64,000 bases of DNA, taken from the NCBI GenBank assembly GCA_965223325.1, contig CBDCWI010000001.1, forward strand, positions 448,001 to 512,000. Reading direction: 5' to 3'. Positions 40,652 through 49,500 of the stretch are shown here, in pieces. The stretch comes from Candidatus Multivoradales bacterium. GTDB lineage: Bacteria > Acidobacteriota > Thermoanaerobaculia > Multivoradales > Multivoraceae. A program made the translations under genes and the position numbers. The notes below the pieces were generated by a model, which worked only from the letters and a program-made list of their open reading frames with translations, was not told the origin of the DNA and ran no database searches. The stretch's first letter is position 1. Each line of letters opens with the position of its first letter.

Positions 40652-41650
40652 CTACGCGGACGTGCTTGAGATAGTGACAGCGGGTGCCGCGGTCTTCTTA
40701 GCCGTTCTCTCTGGCTTGGGGACGGGGAAGTCCTCTCCGAAGACCTCTCTTAGCTTTTCACATGCCTCGACCGGGTCCGCCGTCTCGCCCGCGAACTGAA
40801 GGGAGTCGGCCAGCGCCGCCAAGTCCGACTTGAACTCGTTCATCTGCCTTTCCGTCAGCCGACGGAACATCTCCTCGAATTCCGGCGTCGGCTTCGGCGC
40901 CGTGACGCGCCCAACGGTCTGGGAGACCCGTCGTGTGAAGTCTTGAAGGGAGACGCGGTCGTCGGACCGGCCGTCGAGGAAAGACCTCCTTGTGAGCTGA
41001 CGCTGCACGGCAAGGAGGACGTAGGCAAGTCCAGCGGGCTTCTCTTCCGCTTCGATCGGAATACGCCTGTCGTTCCATCTCCGCAGGCAACGAATAGCAC
41101 GGCGGAACTGGTCGGTCTTTGTCGCGGAATCTTCGGTGCCTGCGAAGTACCGCGTTCGGTACTCGTCGATGTACTTGACAAGCCCTGGAGGGTCAGCCTC
41201 TCGCCAACCCTTCGTCTTGTGCGCCAGGTGGTAGAGCATGAGGCCCGGCGTTTCCTCGTCTTCGACGTGTGCATAGACCACGAAGTCCAGATGGTATCCC
41301 GCCTCGTAAACGACGCGAATGCATGGGCCTTTGTCGGCGACCTTCTTCGTGTGTCCCTCCACGGCCTCGAGCACCCAGCTTCGCACTTCCTTGGCCGGGT
41401 AGTCCTCCGGCTTGAGGTTGAAGCGCAGCCCGACGTCCATGTCGTACTCGAGCGCGCCGATGGGCTTGGCGCCTGTCTTCATCTTGTAGCTTCCCTGAAG
41501 AAGCACCGTGAAGGAGTGCCCTTTCTCCTCGAGGTGCTTTCGCACTTTGCCAACGAGAAGGTCTCGCTTCTCGCGAAGTTCGTCCGCCATGCCATAGTCG
41601 ACGCGGATTCTCTCGTGGAACTGCTCGAACTGCTTCTGCACATCAGCCAT
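40652..41650 (-). CDS. CBASS cGAS/DncV-like nucleotidyltransferase (CD-NTase, probably clade B)
   Basis: 'QGSY...T..KP....YDMDVG' (hG[GS]..DxD), 'K.PC.RV.Y...YH.D', C-terminal tail ending in Ala ('SSTSA'). Confidence 0.9.
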   Translation of the reverse strand: MADVQKQFEQFHERIRVDYGMADELREKRDLLVGKVRKHLEEKGHSFTVLLQGSYKMKTGAKPIGALEYDMDVGLRFNLKPEDYPAKEVRSWVLEAVEGHTKKVADKGPCIRVVYEAGYHLDFVVYAHVEDEETPGLMLYHLAHKTKGWREADPPGLVKYIDEYRTRYFAGTEDSATKTDQFRRAIRCLRRWNDRRIPIEAEEKPAGLAYVLLAVQRQLTRRSFLDGRSDDRVSLQDFTRRVSQTVGRVTAPKPTPEFEEMFRRLTERQMNEFKSDLAALADSLQFAGETADPVEACEKLREVFGEDFPVPKPERTAKKTAAPAVTISSTSA

Positions 41651-42624
41651 CTCCCGACTCCTCCAGGATGAGTGGTTTGAGTCGAGCTCGGGTCTCGTTC
41701 GACATCGCTTCTTCGTGCCCCAAGCTCTCAAGGTCTTTCGTGGACTCATCCGTCGCGGAGTCCATTTCCAATCGATGAAAGTTTGTCATCGCCACGCGCT
41801 CGTATCGTGGCGCACCGTCTTCTCCATAGCTCTTCACAATCCGTTCAAGTAACTGATGGGCCATGTTCGAGTTCGAGTCCATCAGGATGTCGGGAAGCCT
41901 CTTTCGCCACGCCCACAAGCTGCGGTCTAGCGGCGGCCGGGTAGCGGTTTGCTCGGACAGGTTCTTTCGCGGCGTCGAGACAGAAAGCACTCGGACATCT
42001 CGCGGCGCAGCCGCGAGCTCCGAGATGGCCTCCGTGTATCCCAGGAGCGCGGGGTGGTTTGCAACGACGCCCCCGTCGCAGAATGCGGCTGTGACTCCGT
42101 CTCTTGGATTCGTCACTTCGACCAATGGAAAGTACGTCGGCGCAGCAGCGCTCGCCATCGCCACGTCGACCAGGGAGAGTTCGGCGTCGCGCGTCAGATT
42201 CGGTGAGTGGTTCGTCTTGAACAGACGCGGCTGACCGGCTGTGACGTTGAACGCGGTAGCGATGACCGACTTGCCCTTGCGCTCTAGGTCGCCGAGAGTC
42301 TTGTCGCCGAACTCCTGCGTGAGCGCCTCCCTTAAAGGCTCGCCATCGTACTTGGCTCGGAAGATCGAACCGCCGAAGGTTCTCCGCTGACCGAACACCT
42401 TCGGTCCCAGCTTCTTGTACAGCCCGACGAGTTCTTCGCCAGACCGCCCGTCGGCAAGCCCTAGAGCCAAGATCGCACCGGTGCTCGTTCCGACGAATAG
42501 GTCGAACCGATCGCTTAGCGCGACTTTGAAGTGCGTCTCGATCCCTCGAATGAACGCGGCCGTAGCGAGGCCGAGATACCCGCCTCCATCCAAGCTCAGA
42601 ACACGAATCGTCTTCCCCTTCCAC
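41643..42624 (-). CDS. capV: CBASS patatin-like phospholipase effector (CapV type); natural start appears frameshifted
   Basis: 'IRVLSLDGGG', 'GTSTG', 'ASAAAPTYF', 'DGG'. The SD-preceded GTG at 42624 is one base out of frame (G4 run 42615-42618). Confidence 0.85.
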
Positions 42625-42814
42625 TTCGATTCCTACCATCGGAGCGGCAGCGAGTCCCGCCCTCCTTCGAAGGGGCATCGGCGGCCCCCAGGGGCTCAGC
42701 GAGCTTCTTCTCTTCGTTTGGTGGGAATCGACTCGAGGTGGACCTCGACCTCCACCCGTCGGCCCACGCACCCGTCTCAGACCCAGCAGTCTCGGGTCCT
42801 TCGGCATGGGTCAT
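42596..42814 (-). CDS. Small hypothetical ORF (72 aa) between the microprotein and capV
   Basis: ATG overlaps the microprotein stop (ATGA). No recognisable motif. Confidence 0.3.
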   Translation of the reverse strand: MTHAEGPETAGSETGAWADGWRSRSTSSRFPPNEEKKLAEPLGAADAPSKEGGTRCRSDGRNRSGRGRRFVF

Positions 42815-42945
42815 CGCTTCCTCTTGGGCCGCCCAATGGTCTCGGCAACCGTGGTGGCCGGACGCTTCTCGGCCTGCTTGACGGGGATGAACTTTCCAGT
42901 GCGCGCGTCTCGCCCGATCTTCACGGTCTTCTTCTTGCTAGCCAC
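42811..42945 (-). CDS. 44-aa basic microprotein, first gene of the CBASS transcription unit
   Basis: AAGGAG-N9-GTG start; MASKKKTVKIGRDARTGKFIPVKQAEKRPATTVAETIGRPKRKR. Confidence 0.65.
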   Translation of the reverse strand: MASKKKTVKIGRDARTGKFIPVKQAEKRPATTVAETIGRPKRKR

Positions 42946-43067
42946 GAGGGAGGACTCCTTTGAGCCAGATACATTGATATCGACGAGAACAATCATAACG
43001 CCAAACCACAAGGTGTAGCGTTCATTCTTCGCCATCAATGGAACATCTTGTGGTGATATCGCGATTT

Positions 43068-43095
43068 TCCTCCCAGAACCATGGTTCTGGGAGGA
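43068..43095. repeat. Perfect 28-bp palindrome overlapping the recombinase RBS
   Basis: TCCTCCCAGAA-CCATGG-TTCTGGGAGGA. The GGAGG in the right arm ends 7 nt upstream of ATG 43102. Confidence 0.9.
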
Positions 43096-43101
43096 CATCT
43101 C

Positions 43102-44141
43102 ATGAGCTCGAAAAACAACAACCCGAAGCCGCTGGAGCTAGAAGTCGTCGAGACCACCCAGGCGATCACCACGCAAGACACCACCGCCAGTGCCCTCGAG
43201 CAGGCCCGCATCACTTCGGACCAATTCCAGGCCTTGCGCGAAGTCCCCGCTGAGGAGGAATGGTTCGCCAACATCCAGAACCCTCACACGCGCCGCGCCT
43301 ACCGCCGCGATCTGGCCGACTTCACCACCTTCCTCGGCATCGAAGAGCGTCAGCAGCTAACCGATGTACGCCCGGCGCACGTCATCGCTTGGCGCCGCGA
43401 GCTCCTCGGGCGGGGCTATGCCGCGGCGACCGTCCGCCGTCGCCTTTCGGCCGTCTCGGCACTCTATGCCTTCCCGCCGAGCGCCAGGTCGTGCTTCAGA
43501 ACCCGGTTCTGGGCGTCTCACGCCCGAACGAGGGCGCGAACGAAGGCAAGACCCCGGCTGCGGCACCGAAACAGGCCCTGGCGCTCCTCGAAGCCCCGGA
43601 CAGGTCAACGCTTCAGGGACTGCGCGATCGCGCAATGCTCTCGGTGCTCCTCTACCACGGCCTGCGCCGTGAGGAGCTCGTTCGGCTGCGCGTGTGCGAC
43701 GCCGAGGAACGCGAAGGCGTCATGCACTTCGTCGTGCACGGGAAGGGCGCAAAGATCCGCTATGTCCCCATCGCTCCCGACACACTCGAGGACCTTGCGG
43801 CCTACCTCGAGGAAGCCGGCCATGGAAACGCTCGCGAACACGCCCTCTTCCAACCGACCCGCCTTGGCAGAGGTGCAGATCCGGGCAAAGGGCTGCACCC
43901 GGATGGGGTCCGACGCCTTGTGAAACGCTACGCCCGCCTGGCTGGCATTCGCGCGGATCGGTTCTCGACCCATTCACTGCGCTCGACGTCAGCCACCGCA
44001 GCGCTCGATGGCGGTGCCGACATCGAGGAAGTGGCCCGCTGGCTAGGCCATGCGAACCCCGCCACGACCAAGCTCTACGACAAGCGTGACCACAAGGCGC
44101 AGAGTTCTCCGACCTTTAAGATCGACTACCGTTCGCGCTGA
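43102..44141 (+). pseudogene. Tyrosine recombinase (resolvase-like) with a single -1 frameshift
   Basis: N-terminal 'EWFANIQNPHTRRAY' is in one frame; catalytic R/K/HxxR/H/Y and 'SPTFKIDY' are in another. One base is missing at TTC-CC-GCC, 43471-43478. Confidence 0.85.
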
Positions 44142-44182
44142 ACCCACTGCCCATTCCGAATCCAAGAAGTCGGATTGAATTC

Positions 44183-44596
44183 TCAGGAGGTTCGCTGCTT
44201 GAGCACCGGGAACTCGCCTCGGTGCTCGTGGATGAATCGAAACCTCATCGCCGGCGGTCCGAGAAGATCGCCACTGCTTCTTTTAGGATGTCTCGCTCTT
44301 CGCTGACCCGTCGAAGCTCCTGCTTCAGTCGGGCCACCTCATCGTCGCGGCTTCTGCCTTCACCAGGGAATGATCCAGCTGGATCATCGACCAGGTGCTT
44401 CTTCCAACGCCGAAGCATGTCGGGGCGCAGATCCAGGTCCCGAGCAACCTGGCTCAGGCTGTGCCCCCCTTCGGTCACAAGGCGAACTGCTTCCTGCTTG
44501 AACTCTCGGTCGAACTTTCTTCGTCGTCTCGGCATCGAACACCTCCTCGGCCATTCTCAGGCCTTTCGCGGTGTCCACCAAATCCGGGCAAGCTCA
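44183..44596 (-). mobile_element. IS3-family remnant (left IR, orfA, first codons of orfB)
   Basis: IR-like TGAGCTTGCCCGGATTTGGTGGACACC starts at 44596. orfB begins 'MRFRFIHEHRGEFPV' (ATG 44248) and stops at 44183. Confidence 0.85.
44245..44535 (-). CDS. IS3-family transposase OrfA
   Basis: 'RRKFDREFKQEAVRLV....S..QVARDL' HTH plus coiled coil 'E..RL..E..R...ERDILK.A'. Confidence 0.9.
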   Translation of the reverse strand: MPRRRRKFDREFKQEAVRLVTEGGHSLSQVARDLDLRPDMLRRWKKHLVDDPAGSFPGEGRSRDDEVARLKQELRRVSEERDILKEAVAIFSDRRR

Positions 44597-44962
44597 ATCC
44601 ATGTCGATCTCAAGGCCCGCCTCCGAAGCAGCCTGCATCACCTCTGGTGAAAGACGAAAGCCGACAATGTCTTCGCAGAACACGCCGAGAAAGATGTTCA
44701 TCTCGGCAGGAAAGCCAGATCGACGGGCTTCTAAGGCCTGTCCGACTAGCACGGCAAGCTCCCTCTCAAGTGTTGTCGGTGTGCCCTCGACGATGATCAT
44801 CGAGATGTCGTGTGGATAGGAGGCGTAGGTCCGGCCCATAACAACGCGAGGTTCTCCCGCGCGTACGAAACGGTCCGGTTCACGGCCGAAGGCCGCCGCG
44901 AATTCGTTGGGCGCGCTCATCACACGTAGCGCGATGGAGGTTGAGGTGGTCGACTGCTTCAT
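44594..44962 (-). CDS. DUF4279-like putative immunity protein, clipped by the IS3 end
   Basis: 'GFRLSPEVMQAASEAGLEIDMD' resembles the DUF4279 C-terminus. Its TGA stop is the first three bases of the IS IR. Confidence 0.5.
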   Translation of the reverse strand: MKQSTTSTSIALRVMSAPNEFAAAFGREPDRFVRAGEPRVVMGRTYASYPHDISMIIVEGTPTTLERELAVLVGQALEARRSGFPAEMNIFLGVFCEDIVGFRLSPEVMQAASEAGLEIDMD

Positions 44963-45112
44963 CTAAATATCGACTCAGACAGAAGTAGTCATCAGCAAGA
45001 TTGCCAAGTATCTCTCCAGTTTCAGGATGGATAGTAGCGCTGCTGGATAGCCATGTTCCGCCAGCGGAATGATCAGGGACGTACAGCGCACCGCCGCCAC
45101 GCCGGGCGTCCC

Positions 45113-45808
45113 TTACCGTGCCTCCTGGTCCCCTTGGAACTCGCGCTCGGGCATCGATACCAACTCAAGCAGCAACCGCCCCAGTGTGGTGATCTGCCGT
45201 TGCTTCTCTTGAGTCTCGACCAGGCCGAGCCTCACCAGGGTCGCGTCGTAGGCGGCCCTAAGAGCACCGCGTCTTACCTCCGATTCCGGCGCCCCGATCT
45301 CTTCGGAAGCAGTCCTCAGAACCTCGGCGTGCTTCACATGAAAGTCCTGGAGGTCTCGGCCGCTGCAGGCGTACGACGTCAAGATGACCACTTCAGGATC
45401 CGACAGCGACGCGACCAATGACAACATCTTCTTCTGAGCCGCGGCGTCGACTTCGTCAGCCGAAAGAGATCTCGCGATGATGTTCGCGATCCGCTTCCGT
45501 GCTTCATCAGACAGGGCTCGAGACGCGAAGAGGAGACCGTCCTCGAAAAGGTCTAGGACCTCTACCGAGTCAAGTCGCGCTCGAACTTCTTCTTGGTCGA
45601 CTCCGAGGGCCGCGAGCCTCTCGTCCAAGATCTTGAGGTACTCGTGCAGACGGTCGATCTTCTGCCCCGGAATCAAGTGGTCCACGGCTTCGACCGCCGC
45701 CGAGCCAACCACCGGCAGAGCACCCACCACGCTTCTGGTCAAGGCCGCTTGGAGGTCCCTACGGCGACCCTTCTTGTCGTCGATGTCGTCGGCGGATCTG
45801 GTCATCAT
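45113..45808 (-). CDS. Hypothetical protein, Abi-alpha/DUF4393-like
   Basis: N-terminal 'GALPVVGSAAVE' helix, helical middle, C-terminal wHTH-like 'LVRLGLVE...ITTLGRLLL'. Family recognised by eye only. Confidence 0.5.
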   Translation of the reverse strand: MMTRSADDIDDKKGRRRDLQAALTRSVVGALPVVGSAAVEAVDHLIPGQKIDRLHEYLKILDERLAALGVDQEEVRARLDSVEVLDLFEDGLLFASRALSDEARKRIANIIARSLSADEVDAAAQKKMLSLVASLSDPEVVILTSYACSGRDLQDFHVKHAEVLRTASEEIGAPESEVRRGALRAAYDATLVRLGLVETQEKQRQITTLGRLLLELVSMPEREFQGDQEAR

Positions 45809-45903
45809 CGCCCCTCTTCAAGCGTCCTCGTTGTGGCCACGGCTCCGCTGTCCAGCACGAGAGGTCCACCGAAACGCGCACCTTCGGAGACGACGGAAGA
45901 CAA

Positions 45904-46011
45904 GGCGTAGACCACCGCGACGCCCTTGCTGTTCCAGCGCCCTCCGGTCTTCTTCGATCCGATACCGCTGAAAGCGCTCTCGGCTCGCGCGCGTGTTGTC
46001 AGGCGCCCGGC
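45904..46011 (-). pseudogene. Fragment of a RES-domain toxin gene
   Basis: Manual translation 'AGRLTTRARAESAFSGIGSKKTGGRWNSKGVAVVYA' matches the RES N-terminal 'AFSG.G....GGRWN..G..VVY' pattern. No start codon, and the match stops afterwards. Confidence 0.65.
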
Positions 46012-46500
46012 TCAACGCTGCGCTGTACGGAATCGGATGTCGAACACTGGCGGCATTGCGCCACAGTTCTTGGTTTTGAGGCGAACGAGCGGTCCAGGCC
46101 CAAGGGCCTCAACAGCTGCTTCATCCAGATTCCAGCTGAGGCTAATGCGGGCGGTTAGTCCAGGCGCAACCGATCGCCACTCCGGAGCGCCTCCACCAAC
46201 GAACTCGGCCCCATAGACCTTCTCTCCAACAACGAGATCCGCATCGGTCACCTCACAGGTGCCTTCACCGTGATTTGTCACTCGCAGTTCAAGGCCGACA
46301 TGCTCGCTGCCGATGAGGCCACTGATTCCGGTTGTTTCGAGCACCACCCCTGAAACGTCGGCTGCCCATAGCCCATCAATGGATCGCGTGAGGCCTTGGG
46401 GTGTGTACGCGAAACCCGGATCACAGGCACTGAGAACGAGTGAGAAACCGACAACCGTGACGATTCTGACACCAGACAGCAGTTCATCGTACATAGACAA
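46012..46500 (-). CDS. Lipoprotein, putative cognate immunity or partner of the Rhs toxin
   Basis: Lipobox 'LSAC'; overlaps the Rhs stop. Confidence 0.6.
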   Translation of the reverse strand: MSMYDELLSGVRIVTVVGFSLVLSACDPGFAYTPQGLTRSIDGLWAADVSGVVLETTGISGLIGSEHVGLELRVTNHGEGTCEVTDADLVVGEKVYGAEFVGGGAPEWRSVAPGLTARISLSWNLDEAAVEALGPGPLVRLKTKNCGAMPPVFDIRFRTAQR

Positions 46501-49500
46501 GGAACCCCTGTATGAACTGGAGGCCCTTCTTCAGGCCCCCGCTCCGGGCATGTTCTTCAACGTCGGCATTAATCGCCTCGAGATCTGCTTCAGAAAGTGG
46601 CTCCCCCGAGATGAGCTTTTCCAAGATGTCTGGGTGTTGTTGAAGGAAAGTGCGCACACGAGCCTCCGTTTTTCGGGCAAGCTCTTCGAAGACTATTCCG
46701 AGATAGGCCTCGTTATGGCCCGCCCCTTCACCCTTGAATCGATTCTCAAGGTAGTTTCCTACATAGGCGCCGTAGAAGGCACCGCCCACGATTTGGTAGA
46801 AGCGCACATGATCGAGTTCGTGTCCTAGCAGCGCTAGGCCCTCTAGCGTTCGACGTCTGACACCGCTACTCGTCTCTCCGGGCTCCACGAAGACGAAGTT
46901 CCCCAGCGCGATCGCGGTGTTCTTGTTCGGTACAAGTCGACTGTCCAAGAACAGTTGGGTTGATGAGAAGTCGGCGCCGAACCACCTATTGAAGAACTGC
47001 AGCACGTTTGCTTCGAGTGGCTCGAGACCATCGGGATCAACGAAGCTCATGGGGTTGTTATAGCTGTAGATGTAGCGGTTCCAGCTCAGGGTGCGTCCTG
47101 GCTTCCCAGAGATCGGATCTACCGAAACGAATCTCCCCAAGAGCGGCGAACTGTACCTGGCATGCATGTAGTCCAGATCATCCATCACGTTGGTCGTAAT
47201 GGCCTCATCCCGCTCATGAGACGTAAATTTCGTCGTCGCCTTCACCCCGTCGCCACTGGGGCTACTGGGCGTGACCTGCTCCCCAAAGGGAAAGAACTCG
47301 TAGGTCTCGACGACGCTTCCTGAGCTGTCGCGGACCGTCCTCGGTGAGCGGAGGTGGTCGCGGTAGTAGAAGAGCGTTTCGCCATCTTCTTCGACCGACG
47401 CAATGTTGAGGGGACCGGCGTAGATGCTGTCCCGATAGCGGCGCGTATAGCCGCTGCCTGTACTTCCTGGCGGTTCGGACTTCGACCAACACTCCGTGTC
47501 GTCGGTTTCGAAACTGTCCGCGAAAAGCGCTCCCGCGTTGCCACCCGTCGGAAAGCCACACGAGCCCCTGTACTCTCGGATCACCTGCCCGTTGAAGTCC
47601 CTCAAGGTGTATTGATCATCGCCTGGCCGCGCTTCGACGATTCGTTCGTCGTCGGCAGTGTAGACGTAGCTGTGATCCTGGGCACCGGTGGAGAGTTCCA
47701 GCATCGCTCCTAGCAGGTCCCAGGTGTAGCCGACGGAACCGCTCCCCGCATCCGGACGGCTGGTCATGTTGCCCTGCTCGTCATAGGTCCAGGTGCCCGG
47801 CCCGGTCACTCGATTGCTCCCGGTACTGACAGTTACCAAGTTCGGCGCCCACGAGGATCCCGTCCAATTCTCGACATTGGTGCGGTTGCCGAAGTCATCG
47901 TACGTGTAGCGCTGTTGGTTCGTGGATGAACCGAGATCGGCCTCGATCAGCCGACTGGCTCCTCGATAGTAGTACTGCGCACCGCCGACCTGAGTGACGT
48001 TCCCGGCGCCGTCGTAGGCCAGGGTCCATGTCGTTGCTCCGTCTGAGAAGCTGCTGGGGCGTCCCATGCGATTCGGATCGAAGCCGAGGGTGTAGTTCTT
48101 CGAGTTTGCGAGCTGGTACTGGTGAGGCATACCGTTACGGTGAAACAGGAGATTCGTCACGTAATCCTGGTCTGCTGACGTGACCGTCGACAGTGCCCCC
48201 TCATCGTAGGTGAAATCGACTTCTCGTGTGGTCACGGCACAGTCCGTCGAGGCCACACTCGCGACACGACAGGGGTAGACGAGTTTCGAAACACCCCCGA
48301 GTTCATCGTACTCCTGGCGCTGGTAGAAGAAGATCGACGGCTCACCGGGAGGAGCGATCTCGGTGTGTCGGCCATCGGGACGCCCGTCACGGCCTTTGTA
48401 GGTGTAGGTCTCGCTGATGAGGTAGGCGTTCCCACCGGGAAGGTAGGACCAACGCTTCGCCGTCTTCAACTGGCCACGGGCGCCGAGACCGTTGGCGGCG
48501 CTGCTGTTGCCGTAGTACTCGAACTGCTTGTATTTCGTGCCGTTCTGGTGCTCGACGCGATCGAGGCGACCGGCTGCGTCGTAGTAGTACCGGCGCGACT
48601 TGGTCGAGGGTTCGCTGCTGTAGCGCTTCTCGAGAACGTTCCCCCTCGAGTCGTACTTGGCATAGAGGACCTGGCCGGTCTCCGGGTGGGTTTCGCTGGT
48701 GAGAAAACCACGGCCGTCATAGGTCCAACCTCTCGACTGCGCCGGACCGTCCAGGGAGAACCCGTTGTCGTTGTGCGTGGTGTAAGTCGCGTGCTGGAGG
48801 ACTGCGCTCTTGAGTCGCCCTCCCGCATCGTGACCGTAGCTCGCAAATAGATAGTCGCCCGCATTGACATCCCGGAGGCTTTCTCGGGTGCTCACAAGGC
48901 GCCCGTAGCCGTCGTATTGCAAGATCTTCATGCCGCAGAGCCAACCCGAGTTCGACTGCCCGGCCTTGAAGCAGAATGAGCCTGCCTCTCCGGAACGAGG
49001 GCGCATGCGCACGAGGCTGGCAGACCACTGTTCGCCTACATGGGCATAGTCGGTCTGGAAGCCATCTGGTGCGATCGATACTTTCGGCCGACCGTAGCGG
49101 TCGAACCCCGAGAATGTCGTGCTCGAAGAACTCTGGGTACAACCGTTCGCGTGCTCAGAGGTGGACTCGAGCTCGGTAGAGCATGTTGTCCACCCGAGGA
49201 CGTTGCGCTCGATGAGACGCTCAGACGTCACGGTGTTCCCCGGTGATCCGACGCTTGCGACGTTCCGCCGCTCCGCACTGACTGCCCCGTTGCCGTCGAA
49301 GTAGATCGTTTCGGCGGTCGCGATGGCCCCGAGGCAACTCCCGCCGCCTGGCCGTTGATAGCGGTTGATGTGGGCCAGGCCCGAGACTGAGAGAGTGCTG
49401 CCATAGCTCCAAGTCGCACTCTGGTAGTCGATGTCGGTACAGGCGCCTAGTGGGCTCCCGTTGTAGGGGTTCGCCTCCGTCATGCGCCCTAGATCATCGT

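Noticed and set aside
44183-44596. Complete, active IS3 element
   Set aside because: orfB stops after about 21 codons, with no DDE domain or right IR.
45985-46011. attC-like 'GCCTGACAAC' after the lipoprotein stop
   Set aside because: It does not match RYYYAAC, there is no complementary GTTRRRY end or integron integrase, and a RES coding remnant explains the sequence.
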